Assembly (NCBI GenBank): GCA_004195635.1
Contig: PSPT01000003.1
Coordinates: 38,146-102,145, forward strand
Reading direction: 5' to 3'
DNA length: 64,000 bases
From: Methanobacteriota archaeon
Lineage (GTDB): Archaea; Thermoplasmatota; Poseidoniia; Poseidoniales; Poseidoniaceae
The position numbers and the translations under genes were made by a program. This document shows, piece by piece, positions 31,083 through 41,587 of the stretch. Below the pieces are notes generated by a model. That model was not told the origin of the DNA. It worked only from the letters and a program-made list of their open reading frames with translations, and searched no databases. How positions within the stretch are numbered: position 1 is the stretch's first letter; every line of letters starts with the position of its first letter.

Positions 31083-32348
31083 ATGTCTGATGAAGAATCT
31101 CAACCTGAAGAAATACCCACTCAAACCGAGGCTGAAGTCCAAGAGGCAACAGATGTACCCGCTGTACCACAAGACACCTCTACAACCGAAGAAAACTCTG
31201 CATCCGAGTCATCCTCCGAAGTGGTTATTACCGCTGCGGAAGAATCCTCTGAAGCAAACGACGACGATTCTAGCAAACAAGCCGAAGGGAAATCGAAGCA
31301 GGCTGCAAAATCTGCAAAGAAAGAGGCAGGAAAGGACAAAAAGAAACCTCGCAAGGACTTATTCAAGGACCTTAGAGACCGCCCCAAGCATGAAATTGAA
31401 GAAGAATTGAAAGTGCTACGCCGCCGTCAATCCGTGGCAAAGGCTGAATTTGAATCGTTAAGTAATGAACGGCAACGCCAGATTAGCATCGTTCAAGCAA
31501 TTCGCGGTGCGATTGCCGAAACCAAGGGCATCAGATCAGAACACAAAGGGATAATTGGCACAATAGGCGGGCGTGAAAAGGATATTCGTGAACTTAGAAG
31601 CACAAGGGATTCCATTAATGCAAAAGTCGTATTACCACTTCAAAATATTGAGGAAGAATTACTTAGAACCTATGAGAACCTGACCGCAGAAATGAAAAAT
31701 ATGCGCTACCCCGGAGTTAAGCAAGAAGAAAAATTATTTTCCTTTTTCTTTGAACTTCAAGAAATGCACAAACTCGCAACTATATCAAATGACTCTCACC
31801 AAATGATGATTACAGAAATCACCGACCAACGAACTGCAATTGCAAACCTGCGCCTAAAAGAAGCCGAACACGATGATGTTGTAGGTAAATTGTCTGATGA
31901 AAAGCCAGGGATGAAGGGTGTGAAAGCAACACCTTGGGAAGAAAAGGCATACAATAGGCAGATAATGAAATTACTCGACGAGATAAAAAATAAGCGCAAG
32001 GAAGTTCACGGAATTAATCGCGAAGTTGGGCGCTTAGATGCTTTCATTCGAGTTGACCGCAAAAAATCGCAACAATCCGGCGGCCGAGGTGGAAATTCAT
32101 ACAAAGGACGCCAGCACAAAGGGCCAAACGTAAGTGAAATTCGGCGCAAGGCAGCATCTGGCGAATCAATGTCGCTAGCTGATCTTGGTGCATTGATGAG
32201 TTCTGGTGGTCTTTCAACAATCAAACCAGAGCACTCAAAGGATACCCGCCGTTCAAAGAAAAAATCACTAGCACAAAAGAAAATTGGGGCATCACGAGGT
32301 TCGCGTAGTAGCCGTAAGCCAAGTGCTGATGCAAAGCGTAAACGCTGA
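31083..32348 (+). CDS. Archaeal coiled-coil protein (COG1340-like), paralog 3, with acidic N-terminus and basic tail
   Basis: RDSINAKV; SGESMSLADL; GGAGGAG SD coupled to the upstream gene. Confidence 0.75.
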   Translation: MSDEESQPEEIPTQTEAEVQEATDVPAVPQDTSTTEENSASESSSEVVITAAEESSEANDDDSSKQAEGKSKQAAKSAKKEAGKDKKKPRKDLFKDLRDRPKHEIEEELKVLRRRQSVAKAEFESLSNERQRQISIVQAIRGAIAETKGIRSEHKGIIGTIGGREKDIRELRSTRDSINAKVVLPLQNIEEELLRTYENLTAEMKNMRYPGVKQEEKLFSFFFELQEMHKLATISNDSHQMMITEITDQRTAIANLRLKEAEHDDVVGKLSDEKPGMKGVKATPWEEKAYNRQIMKLLDEIKNKRKEVHGINREVGRLDAFIRVDRKKSQQSGGRGGNSYKGRQHKGPNVSEIRRKAASGESMSLADLGALMSSGGLSTIKPEHSKDTRRSKKKSLAQKKIGASRGSRSSRKPSADAKRKR

Positions 32349-32493
32349 TTCAATACTTCGCCGCAATACCACAGCGCATTTTTCCTTCGGAAAATGAGGG
32401 CGCCGCTAATCTCTCACCCTACCTATTGCATCCAACCCTATGTGAGAAGGGAGAGGCGTTGGTTTCTTCACCCACTACACCCTCCGGCATTTG

Positions 32494-32955
32494 ATGGAGG
32501 AATATTCATGGGTGCCATCTCCTCCAACGAGTGACTTGACTCATGGACAATTACTTGCAATTCGTGATTTGTTAGTAGCAGAAACTGACGAGTACTATGC
32601 CCTTGCAGCGCTATATTCACTCCCTATTAGTTCCGCTGCAGGAAGTCTAATTCTAATTGATTCAAAGGAAAATATCAAGGGTATTTTGTGGTCAATGATT
32701 ATTGATGAAAATACAGTACGGATTCTTGCCTTTTGCATCAATAGCGACTTGCAAAATATTGGATTGGGAACACAGGCTTGGAATGAGTTTGCCATTTTAG
32801 TTAAATCCAAGGGTAAATCAACTGTATATTTAGAAGTAAAGGCAGAAAATGAAGGTGCAATTAATTTCTATAGAAAGGTTGGCTTAAATGAAATTGCAAT
32901 TCTATCAAAATACTATCATAGCAGCATTGGAATCATCATGCAGGGCAATCTCTAA
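32494..32955 (+). CDS. GNAT acetyltransferase (RimI/Ard1-like)
   Basis: QNIGLG, LEVKAENEGAINFY, YY. Confidence 0.88.
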   Translation: MEEYSWVPSPPTSDLTHGQLLAIRDLLVAETDEYYALAALYSLPISSAAGSLILIDSKENIKGILWSMIIDENTVRILAFCINSDLQNIGLGTQAWNEFAILVKSKGKSTVYLEVKAENEGAINFYRKVGLNEIAILSKYYHSSIGIIMQGNL

Positions 32956-33016
32956 GCAGCCGAATATTCAGAAACCAAGGGCAATAAATATGGAGTAATC
33001 ACTCGTGGAATGCCTG

Positions 33017-33385
33017 ATGCTGAAGTCCCTCCTTGCAGATATCGTCGCACAAGACGATGTTTATGGTGCAGCAATTATTGACCAATCGGGCTTTGCAATT
33101 GAAGCAAATCCCCAGGGACCAGGGCTTGAAAAGATGGCGGCGAATGTCACAATGTTACTCATTGAAACCCAAAGACTCAATGCACAGAATTCACATACCG
33201 AAACTGATGCAAAGCAAAATGAAAATCAGACCACCCTTACTCTTCTTGCAGAACGAGGAAATATTCTCCTCTTTCCTTTAGCCAACAACTGTAATTTGCT
33301 AATCCATACCTCGCATGGAACTAATTTGGGAAAAATTCGTAACCATGCACAAAAACTGAGCCCACGAATATCGGCACTTCTCTAG
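33017..33385 (+). CDS. Roadblock/LC7 domain protein
   Basis: VYGAAIIDQSGFAI, MAA, NLGKIR. Confidence 0.85.
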   Translation: MLKSLLADIVAQDDVYGAAIIDQSGFAIEANPQGPGLEKMAANVTMLLIETQRLNAQNSHTETDAKQNENQTTLTLLAERGNILLFPLANNCNLLIHTSHGTNLGKIRNHAQKLSPRISALL

Positions 33386-33474
33386 CGTTCTACTGCCAGC
33401 CTTCAATCTATCAATCATTATGCTTTGCTTGCAAATACTCCCTGCATTTGGCAGGAATGAAAATATACATTATA

Positions 33475-34158
33475 TTAGTCAAATAATGGACCCAATATTA
33501 TTGGCCCATGTGGCCCAACATCAAGCGCTTGCTTTTCCATTGAATGGCGGACATGGCGCAGTTTTTCCACCTGCATTGTTCGAACGATTTGTCCATTTCT
33601 GCGGTCAACTCCCATCTTGATAATTCCATCTGCCAAGAAACCTTCATTCCCTTGCAATTCAGCATATTCGCCATATTGGCGCTCGGTCAATATTATCACA
33701 TTTAGTTTCTGTTGGCGCAAAAAGTCAAAGAACTCAAACATCTTATTTCGCATGCTGTCATTAACAGTTGTTAAACTGTATATTGCACCAAGTGAATCCA
33801 AGACAAAGGTTGTAAATCTCTCACCATGTTGTTGCTTAAAATGTTCGATCATTCTGCGGGTGAACTTTAGATAATCCATGCCTGCATTTTCACGACGTAA
33901 TTCCGTGAAATCAGTGATTTGAAGGTTGTGAGGTGGATGTATCCCCAATGACTCCGCACCTCGCAATAAAGATTCAACAGTTTCTTCAATCGTACAATAC
34001 AATCCAAACTCGCCTGTGCGCGACAAATGATTACTCATTACGGTAAGAGCAAATCCTGTTTTCATCGAACCCGGCGGGCCAGTCACCAATGTGACATATG
34101 GTGCACGAATATCTCCAGTCATCACTCGGTCCATTCCTTCAATCCCATTTAGCAACAT
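33475..34158 (-). CDS. Single-domain KaiC/RAD55-like ATPase
   Basis: GIEGMD; Walker A GPPGSMKT; TIEE; Walker B FVLDS; FLADGII; VEKLR. Confidence 0.9.
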   Translation of the reverse strand: MLLNGIEGMDRVMTGDIRAPYVTLVTGPPGSMKTGFALTVMSNHLSRTGEFGLYCTIEETVESLLRGAESLGIHPPHNLQITDFTELRRENAGMDYLKFTRRMIEHFKQQHGERFTTFVLDSLGAIYSLTTVNDSMRNKMFEFFDFLRQQKLNVIILTERQYGEYAELQGNEGFLADGIIKMGVDRRNGQIVRTMQVEKLRHVRHSMEKQALDVGPHGPIILGPLFD

Positions 34159-34376
34159 ATGAACGATACCTCCCACCCACATCAATCGCTTAACTATTGG
34201 CCTTATACAATTGCAATTATTTCATTATTACAATATTATTATTTTGCGGCAATTGTTGAAAAATAATATGTTTATGGGTGCAAAGAAATGAAATCAAAGC
34301 CGCATGGATTAAAGAGGGGGGTCGGGTCGGCAGAATGGCCGAGATAGAGATATCTCGCCCGCGGAGTTGATGCAAT

Positions 34377-35252
34377 ATGGCAACATTGAAGGATATTCTT
34401 GATGAACCACGAAAATTAGTTGATAAAAAAGCAACTGAATTCCGCAACATCCGCGATGAATGGAATGCGAAAACTAAAGAACACCTCATCAAGAGAAATA
34501 CCCTAAATGGTGAGGTCCGTGAACTCATTGAAAATGTAAAGCAACAACGTGAAATTCGGGAGAGAATGAACGAGGAAGTCCGCGCCCGGAAGTCAGAACG
34601 AAATGTTATTGACAAGAAAATTAGAGAAATGAAGGACTCAATGGATACTGGAAAGGATGAAACTAAGAAAAAGGAGGGCCCTCGCGACAAGAAAGGACGC
34701 CCAATCACAATCCATACTCTTCGCCGAGAATCTGAACGTCTTGACAGAGAATTCGGAATGGGCTTCCATACGGGGAAAAATGAGAAAAAGGTAATGAAGC
34801 GAATGAAGGAAATTCGCCAACAAATCAAAACCATGGAAAAAACTCAAGCCGCAGCAGAAGGTACTGACGAAATGAAGGAAGCGCTTAGTGTAATCAATGC
34901 AGAACAAGACGTTGCCCACAATCTAGTCCGCGAAGCAGCATCACAAGCACAACAAGCACACGACCTAATGATCGAGTGGAATGAGCAAGTTGATGCACGA
35001 CGTGAACTCGCTGAAAGCGCACATCGTAAACTTCGTCGTTCAAAGAAGGAAGCAGATGTCACCCATCACTCATACATACTCTCCTTGAGGTGTTTACATA
35101 GCATTCTAAACATGTCACGGGCAATGAGGGAACGGGAGAGAGGAACGGCCCCAACCATGACTGCCAAAGAAGGAACAACTGATTTGATGCAAAAGTTAAT
35201 GTCAGGACAGACACTTTCTACCGACGAACTTCTGTCATTACAGAAATTCTAA
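34377..35252 (+). CDS. Archaeal coiled-coil protein (COG1340-like), paralog 4
   Basis: RDEWN, RNTLNGEV, AQQAHDLM, SGQTLSTDELLSLQ. Confidence 0.85.
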   Translation: MATLKDILDEPRKLVDKKATEFRNIRDEWNAKTKEHLIKRNTLNGEVRELIENVKQQREIRERMNEEVRARKSERNVIDKKIREMKDSMDTGKDETKKKEGPRDKKGRPITIHTLRRESERLDREFGMGFHTGKNEKKVMKRMKEIRQQIKTMEKTQAAAEGTDEMKEALSVINAEQDVAHNLVREAASQAQQAHDLMIEWNEQVDARRELAESAHRKLRRSKKEADVTHHSYILSLRCLHSILNMSRAMRERERGTAPTMTAKEGTTDLMQKLMSGQTLSTDELLSLQKF

Positions 35253-35286
35253 GATGGGTGAAGTCTTTTAGCCGACTTGAATACCA

Positions 35287-36459
35287 ATGGATGGGAGAGA
35301 CATGCTCAACCAAGATGACATAGCTGCAATCGTAGAGGACTACGACCGCATGAAACTCCGCATCGGTATGACTGCAAGTCATTCTGCACTGGATATTTGT
35401 GACGGTAGCATTGAGGAAGGTTTCCAAACTGTAGCCTATTGCCAAAAAGGCCGAGAAAAAACATACTCACAATATTTTAGAACCCAAAGAACCGCAAGCG
35501 GGAGAGTAAAGAGAGGCATGGTTGACAAGGCAATCGTATTAGATAATTTCTCAGATGTACTTTTTCCTGAATTCCAACAGGGTATGCGCGACCGTAATAT
35601 CATTTACATCCCAAACCGTTCATTCACCTCTTACTGTGGGATTTCTGAAATTGAAAACAACTTCCGTGTCCCAATGTTTGGCAGCAGAAATATGCTACGA
35701 ATGGAAGAACGAACCGAAGAGCAGGATTATTATTGGATTCTAGATAAAGCAGGATTACCATACCCTGAGGCAATCGCAGACCCACAAGACATTGACTGTT
35801 TGGTAATCGTGAAACTTCATCATGCTGAGAAAAAACTTGAGAGGGGATTCTTTACCTGTGCATCCTATGAGGAGTACATGGAGAAATCGCAAATCCTAAT
35901 TAATTCTGGAGTTATAGATGAAGCAAGTCTTGCAGGGGCTCGTATTGAGCGTTATGTAATTGGCCCTGTTTTCAATCTAAACTTCTTCTACTCACCTCTA
36001 GAGGAAGAAATGCCAAAACTTGAGTTGCTAGGTGTTGATTGGCGTTTTGAGAGTAGTCTTGATGGGCATGTTCGCTTGCCTGCGCCTCAACAAATGACCA
36101 TGCCTGCCGACCAAGCAATTCCAGAAATGACTGTAGTTGGACACAATTCTGCTACAATTCGTGAAAGCCTATTGGAAGAGGCGTTCTCGCTTGGTGAAAA
36201 ATTCATTGAAGCAAGTAAAGAGCATTATGACCCTGGGATCATTGGACCATTCTGCTTACAAACCTGTATTGACAAAGATATGAATTATTCGATATATGAT
36301 GTTGCTCCGAGATTGGGTGGCGGCACAAATGTTCACGTTAGTGTTGGCCATCCATACGGCAATGCCACATGGAGACAAACAATGAGTAGTGGGAGGAGAA
36401 TTGCTCTTGAATTGAGAAGAGCTGCAGAGCAAGATAGGCTCCTTGAAGTGCTTACTTAG
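35287..36459 (+). CDS. purP: PurP-family ATP-grasp ligase (formate-dependent AICAR formylase family)
   Basis: ASHSALDI, IPNRSF, ERGFF, GPFCLQ, DVAPRLGGGTN; PurP versus PurP-like paralog not resolved. Confidence 0.85.
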   Translation: MDGRDMLNQDDIAAIVEDYDRMKLRIGMTASHSALDICDGSIEEGFQTVAYCQKGREKTYSQYFRTQRTASGRVKRGMVDKAIVLDNFSDVLFPEFQQGMRDRNIIYIPNRSFTSYCGISEIENNFRVPMFGSRNMLRMEERTEEQDYYWILDKAGLPYPEAIADPQDIDCLVIVKLHHAEKKLERGFFTCASYEEYMEKSQILINSGVIDEASLAGARIERYVIGPVFNLNFFYSPLEEEMPKLELLGVDWRFESSLDGHVRLPAPQQMTMPADQAIPEMTVVGHNSATIRESLLEEAFSLGEKFIEASKEHYDPGIIGPFCLQTCIDKDMNYSIYDVAPRLGGGTNVHVSVGHPYGNATWRQTMSSGRRIALELRRAAEQDRLLEVLT

Positions 36460-36569
36460 TCACCTTTCTCAGCACATCCATTGAAACAAGAGAAAAATTA
36501 TTGGGCTTAAAAGCGCCGCAGTTAAGTGCTATTTCACCCAGTGGATGAAATAGTTTCAAATTGTTGAGA

Positions 36570-39500
36570 TTATATTCTTCTAACCCATTGGAAGGTTGTT
36601 TGATCTCGAGCATGCCACATTCCTGAACCTACGGGGTATTCCATCCATTCATTTCCGTCTGAACGAACTTCACCGGTCATGTTTGCAGTAGGTGTAGTTG
36701 GAGTCATGGCTTGATCTGAAGCAGTTGGCATCATTACTGCATGAGCGGTTTGGGCAACAGGTCTGCCAAAGGCATCAACTTGCTGAGCAGGTTGGACTGG
36801 CTGGGCATAGGCAGGTTGGACTGGCTGGGCATAGGTAGGTTGGGCTTGCGCACCATAATCCCCGGCTACTTGCTCGGCATACATTTCTTCCTCCCAACTA
36901 TCATCATCATCATCATCATCACCCCGCCGCATTATTGTAAATAGCATAATTAGTACTACTGCAATGATGACAAGAACGACTCCAATGATGGCTAGAGTCG
37001 TCGTTGACATTCCAGCAATTCCATCGGAATCGCCAAACAATCCACCAGATGAGGTTCCATTTCCTCCTCCATCATTATTATCCTCAATTTCAATTATCAT
37101 TTCTGGCGGGCAGCCAAGCCACTCAATTGCAGTAGAGGTGCCGTAATTATCGGGACATACATCAGCATCAAGCCCAGTAGTATTATCACCAAATCCATCA
37201 CCATCGGCATCGGCCCATTGAGTTACATCAGTTCTAAAGGCATCAGCCCCGTTGGTTGTAAACCAAGTCAATCCATCGGGGTCAGAATAACCATCGCCAT
37301 CAGTATCAACACAACCTTCTCTATCCTCGGAAGAAGTACCACTTTGGTTTGGACAGGCATCCTTTGAATCACCAATTCCATCACCGTCTATATCTCGGTA
37401 ATCATCTACATCATTAGGGAAGGCATCGAGAACATCAGCATAACCATCGTCATCGGTATCTCGGCAACCATAGAATTCATCCTTCCAAGAACTACCAAAT
37501 TCCAAAGGACAAGCATCCTGCATATTTGCAAGGAATAAATACTCGCCAGGCCAATTTTCATTTCTAGTGACTTGCCAAGACTCATTTCCAAAATTGTCTC
37601 CATATCCATCTTCATCAAAGTCGGTCCACTGGGTTGAATCATTAGCAACTGCATCTGCTCCATCCTCAACTAACCAAAATGAATCTGGGTCGGAATAACC
37701 ATCGGAATCCATATCTGGGCAACCCCATCTGTCATCAATCGAAGAACCGGCATCATTCGGGCAATCATCTGGACGAATCCCATCTTGGTTATCACCAAAC
37801 CCATCACTATCACTGTCTATCCACTGAGTTGAATCAAGAGGAAGGGCATCTTCACTATCTGCCCATCCATCTCCATCTCCGTCTAAACAACCATCCAAGG
37901 TTCCGTTATTGGAGGACCCAAATACATCTGGGCAATCATCTGTGATGTTGGCCCAGCCATCACCATCATCGTCGGGGCAACCGAGGTAAGCACCGAGGCT
38001 AGAATTTCCGGCCTCGTCAGAACAAGCATCAGAAGAATCATTGACGCCATCACCATCATCATCCGAATCTTCATCTGCATCACGACAACCATCACCATCA
38101 ATGTCAGATGAAGGCTCACTGACCCACACTGGACGTTGCAATATGGCATGATCCCAATTACTCTTAGGACAGGAATCGTTTGTGTCTTCAACATTATCAT
38201 TGTCATCATCTAAATCTTCATTTAAGTCGCGGCAACCATCTAAATCCCAATCGGTAGAAGTGTTTTTATCAAGTGGGTCTGAATCTGAAATCCAGCCGAT
38301 CTCGCCTTGTGGGCAATCGTCACCGGAATTATCAAGGATTGTGTCATTATCATCATCATAATCACATGCATCACCATCTAAATCCTGATCTAAATCTTCC
38401 TGCAAGGGGTTTGCATCATTTGGACAATTATCTAAATCATCTGGGATTCCATCTCCATCAGCATCAGCAGCGAGAAGACCTGATGAACTCCAAATATAGG
38501 GGTTGATAGAAGCCAATGCGGTTTGTGAACCAGAATTTGTTGAACTGAAATCAATACTGCCACTGAATGTGCCAACAATAGAAATATTCCCTCCATTATC
38601 AACTGCAATATCAGCAGCATTATTATCTGCACTTGAATTTGCTCCAAATGCGGAAACCCATGAACCTGAATTGGAGATAATAGCCAAAGCACTATCGTTT
38701 GCACCTTGGGAACTGATTGTGTCGGGCCCGAGAGTAATTGAACTTGCACTGGAAATTGACAGAACGCCATTGTCTGACATTGGGTCAACAGCGACATCGG
38801 TGACGCGGTCGTAAGTACTACCTCCAACAAGAGCAGACCAACTCCAAGTGTTTGGAGTTGCAAGTTTTGCAACCCACCCACTCGTATCCCCGCCAGGTGA
38901 ATTGAGGGTAGTGGAACCAAAAGTAATGCTCGAAGTGAAAGTCCCCCCGAGGAATAAATCGCCGTTTGTAAATTCATCAATTCCATAGATAAAACTGTCC
39001 GCTCCAGAAATCGACATCGCTGATTTCCATGCTCCAGTGGAATCAATTTGCGCAAGAACTGGAGTTGAATCACCAGGTGTTCCGGTAACTGAATGGGAGC
39101 CGAAATTCATATTTCCATCAAAGGTACTCGAAATCCATGTATCTCCATTTGATTCCATATACATCGCTTGAGTTTCTTGGAATGCAGGACCTCGCGCTTC
39201 AGCAGTCCACTGTAGACTACCTGATGAAGCATATTTGGCAACGAAAATTTCAGCATCATCTCCGCTTGTTCCGCCGCTATCTACTGCTGTTCCTACATCG
39301 GTATTGCCGATGAATAGTCCCGACACCACAACGCCTGAATTGGATGCTACAATAGCAGTTGGCCATACTGCATCAAGAGTTGTTACTGTCGTACCATCAT
39401 AATCACCATTTCCTTGCAATGCACTTGCCCATTGCCATTGACCAGCAGAGTTGGCCTTTGCAGTATATGTATCATAATAACCAGTCGAGGTAAGGCTATG

Positions 39501-40061
39501 GCTACCAAAATCAATTGTACCATAAAACATACCAGTCACATACATATCTCCGTTTGCCGATACTGCGATACCAGATAGAGTTGATTCAGAATTAGTTCCA
39601 GCACCAACTCCAGTTTCAGCCGTTTCAGCCCATTGCCAATTGCCCGATGAATCAGATTTGCCAAACCATGGTTGAATATAATTTGCTGAAGAAACTGCAT
39701 TTGGACCGAGGGACAATGAAGAACTACCACTAAATATTCCTGCGGAATATATGTTTCCAGAGACTGGCTCAACTGCAACGGCACTGCCCACTGCAGGGGA
39801 TGAACTAGCTCCAATATCAGACCAGCCCGCAATAGCACGGGCGCCTGAGCGAGCAGCAGCAAAAGAAGAGGAATCAAGAGCAGTGATACTACTTCTGTCA
39901 TCACTTGTAACTGGCGAGTCCACAGAATCTAGAGAGAAGGTTGAACTATCGTCCGAAAAGAAGGCAAAATTAGCCAAAATACTTGTGAGTAATAGTAAAG
40001 TAAGAACACCTGCAATTCCAGTTCGGCTGGTTGCCTTTGGAGTTTGAATAGAGGTCGCCAT
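36570..40061 (-). CDS. Surface protein: beta-propeller plus many thrombospondin type-3 Ca-binding repeats, TM helix, cytoplasmic Trp-rich domain
   Basis: DxDGDG..D.CP and GCxDxDxDG repeats; SBBP-like blades. Confidence 0.88.
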   Translation of the reverse strand: MATSIQTPKATSRTGIAGVLTLLLLTSILANFAFFSDDSSTFSLDSVDSPVTSDDRSSITALDSSSFAAARSGARAIAGWSDIGASSSPAVGSAVAVEPVSGNIYSAGIFSGSSSLSLGPNAVSSANYIQPWFGKSDSSGNWQWAETAETGVGAGTNSESTLSGIAVSANGDMYVTGMFYGTIDFGSHSLTSTGYYDTYTAKANSAGQWQWASALQGNGDYDGTTVTTLDAVWPTAIVASNSGVVVSGLFIGNTDVGTAVDSGGTSGDDAEIFVAKYASSGSLQWTAEARGPAFQETQAMYMESNGDTWISSTFDGNMNFGSHSVTGTPGDSTPVLAQIDSTGAWKSAMSISGADSFIYGIDEFTNGDLFLGGTFTSSITFGSTTLNSPGGDTSGWVAKLATPNTWSWSALVGGSTYDRVTDVAVDPMSDNGVLSISSASSITLGPDTISSQGANDSALAIISNSGSWVSAFGANSSADNNAADIAVDNGGNISIVGTFSGSIDFSSTNSGSQTALASINPYIWSSSGLLAADADGDGIPDDLDNCPNDANPLQEDLDQDLDGDACDYDDDNDTILDNSGDDCPQGEIGWISDSDPLDKNTSTDWDLDGCRDLNEDLDDDNDNVEDTNDSCPKSNWDHAILQRPVWVSEPSSDIDGDGCRDADEDSDDDGDGVNDSSDACSDEAGNSSLGAYLGCPDDDGDGWANITDDCPDVFGSSNNGTLDGCLDGDGDGWADSEDALPLDSTQWIDSDSDGFGDNQDGIRPDDCPNDAGSSIDDRWGCPDMDSDGYSDPDSFWLVEDGADAVANDSTQWTDFDEDGYGDNFGNESWQVTRNENWPGEYLFLANMQDACPLEFGSSWKDEFYGCRDTDDDGYADVLDAFPNDVDDYRDIDGDGIGDSKDACPNQSGTSSEDREGCVDTDGDGYSDPDGLTWFTTNGADAFRTDVTQWADADGDGFGDNTTGLDADVCPDNYGTSTAIEWLGCPPEMIIEIEDNNDGGGNGTSSGGLFGDSDGIAGMSTTTLAIIGVVLVIIAVVLIMLFTIMRRGDDDDDDDSWEEEMYAEQVAGDYGAQAQPTYAQPVQPAYAQPVQPAQQVDAFGRPVAQTAHAVMMPTASDQAMTPTTPTANMTGEVRSDGNEWMEYPVGSGMWHARDQTTFQWVRRI
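36787..36834. repeat. 24-bp tandem duplication encoding YAQPVQPA
   Basis: gcaggttggactggctgggcatag twice. Confidence 0.9.
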
Positions 40062-40210
40062 GTGTTGCCGTGGAGGTTTTAGGTGTTGAAACCTACCCTT
40101 TCGCAATTTTGATAATTATCTGCAATAATAAACAGTGAAGCCAATAATGGATAATTTTTCAACCTTCAAAGAAAGGAAAAATCCACCCCTCATCCAAAAG
40201 ATGGCAGGAA

Positions 40211-41197
40211 TTACGAAAACGGCAACTCTGTGCCCGAAATGCCGTGAATAATAGTGGGGCCTTCAATTGGCAATTTTGTTAGCCAAGCGGGTATCATTAA
40301 TTTACGCGCAATTACAGTAACGCTTTGTGGATTCAATCTCCACCAGCGCAATAATCCCCCACTAACATGAGAATCAACATCACCGCTGCTCAATACTTCG
40401 GCCCTTCTTTCTTCTACCAATGAAGGCAAACCATGTAATAATTCCATTTCGGTTAGTTGGCTGATCGCTGGCAAAGAAGTAATATTGGGAATTGTCTGCA
40501 TTGGAGTGATTTTTTCAGTCACAACACAAGTATTAGAAAATGAATCTTCAACAATAATCCATTCCATTTGTGCGCTATTCTCGGCAGATTCAAGGCTACC
40601 TCTTACTAACCAAAGGGTAGCCTCAAGTAAAACAGGGTTTAGTGATAGCCCCGATCTGCCTCTTTCTTTCATCAATGCGTGAACATCTACCACTGGAGGA
40701 ATAGAAATGGTGGAATCTCCAAGTTCGAGAGAAGTGAAAGGTGAATCATGAGTGGGAGAAACTGGGAGAGAGCCATCAATACTGGCTGGAATTATTGGAA
40801 CGACCGGCGAAGTGGGTGAAGTAATAGACAACTCGTTGGAAAGAACGGCATCGCCAATTATTTGTGAATATTTGTTTGGAGTCCAAATTATTAGTGAAGT
40901 TTCACTTGCAAAATGGTCGGCGTCAAAATCTATAGATGAGCGTTGGCAGATGATTAAATGATCTCCTTGACTCACATCTACAAGCCATCTCTCAATTTCG
41001 GTTACTCCCAAAGGCACCCAACCTTCACCTGAAGACCAAATGTCACATCCGCTAAAGATTCCATGCTTCGCTAATGCGCGAGGTGAATTTTCCAACCTGC
41101 CTATCCAATGAAGAGAACCACTGGGTATTTGTGGGGCATTTTGCGTGCTGAGTTCAGCACCAACGGCGCCCAGTAATTCAACAAGGCTCAGCCCCAT
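40211..41197 (-). CDS. Hypothetical protein
   Basis: 328-aa ORF with its own TTGAAG box at about -30. Confidence 0.75.
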   Translation of the reverse strand: MGLSLVELLGAVGAELSTQNAPQIPSGSLHWIGRLENSPRALAKHGIFSGCDIWSSGEGWVPLGVTEIERWLVDVSQGDHLIICQRSSIDFDADHFASETSLIIWTPNKYSQIIGDAVLSNELSITSPTSPVVPIIPASIDGSLPVSPTHDSPFTSLELGDSTISIPPVVDVHALMKERGRSGLSLNPVLLEATLWLVRGSLESAENSAQMEWIIVEDSFSNTCVVTEKITPMQTIPNITSLPAISQLTEMELLHGLPSLVEERRAEVLSSGDVDSHVSGGLLRWWRLNPQSVTVIARKLMIPAWLTKLPIEGPTIIHGISGTELPFS

Positions 41198-41241
41198 GAA
41201 GTAATGACCATCGGGCCAAGCCCTTCAATAAGTCGGAGATT

Positions 41242-41541
41242 TCACTCGAGATTTGTAGCCAAGGAAAGCAAATCACTTTTTCCAGCATCAAGGATACAGA
41301 GAGTGCTTACCGAGAAAGGTTTAGCACAAGCAGTTCCAAGGTCACGGTTGACCATTAGAACGCGGTGCTTTACCACATCAGGGTGGCGTGCGTGTAACTC
41401 ATCGATGTAATCTTGAGGGCAATTTGCTGCCAAAATTACAAGTTTTGCTTCGCCTCGTGCACATGCATCCATTGTTTGACGCTGTCCGAAAAGTAGTGAA
41501 CCACTACTTATTGCTGTCTTTAGTTGTCTTGTCATATCCAT
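41242..41541 (-). CDS. rpl30e: 50S ribosomal protein L30e
   Basis: AKLVILAANCP, DLGTACAKPFSVS, DAGKSD; canonical position after rpoA''. Confidence 0.97.
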   Translation of the reverse strand: MDMTRQLKTAISSGSLLFGQRQTMDACARGEAKLVILAANCPQDYIDELHARHPDVVKHRVLMVNRDLGTACAKPFSVSTLCILDAGKSDLLSLATNLE

Positions 41542-41587
41542 AATTATTCCTCCATACTCTGCATTTGCTTCTCATGGTTTGAGTGTT

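Noticed and set aside
33475-34158. Circadian clock KaiC
   Set aside because: Single domain, no Ser-Thr phosphosite motif and no kaiA or kaiB; typical archaeal KaiC-like ATPase.
36901-36921. (TCA)n microsatellite as a phase-variation tract
   Set aside because: A triplet repeat encoding poly-Asp; length change would not shift the frame.
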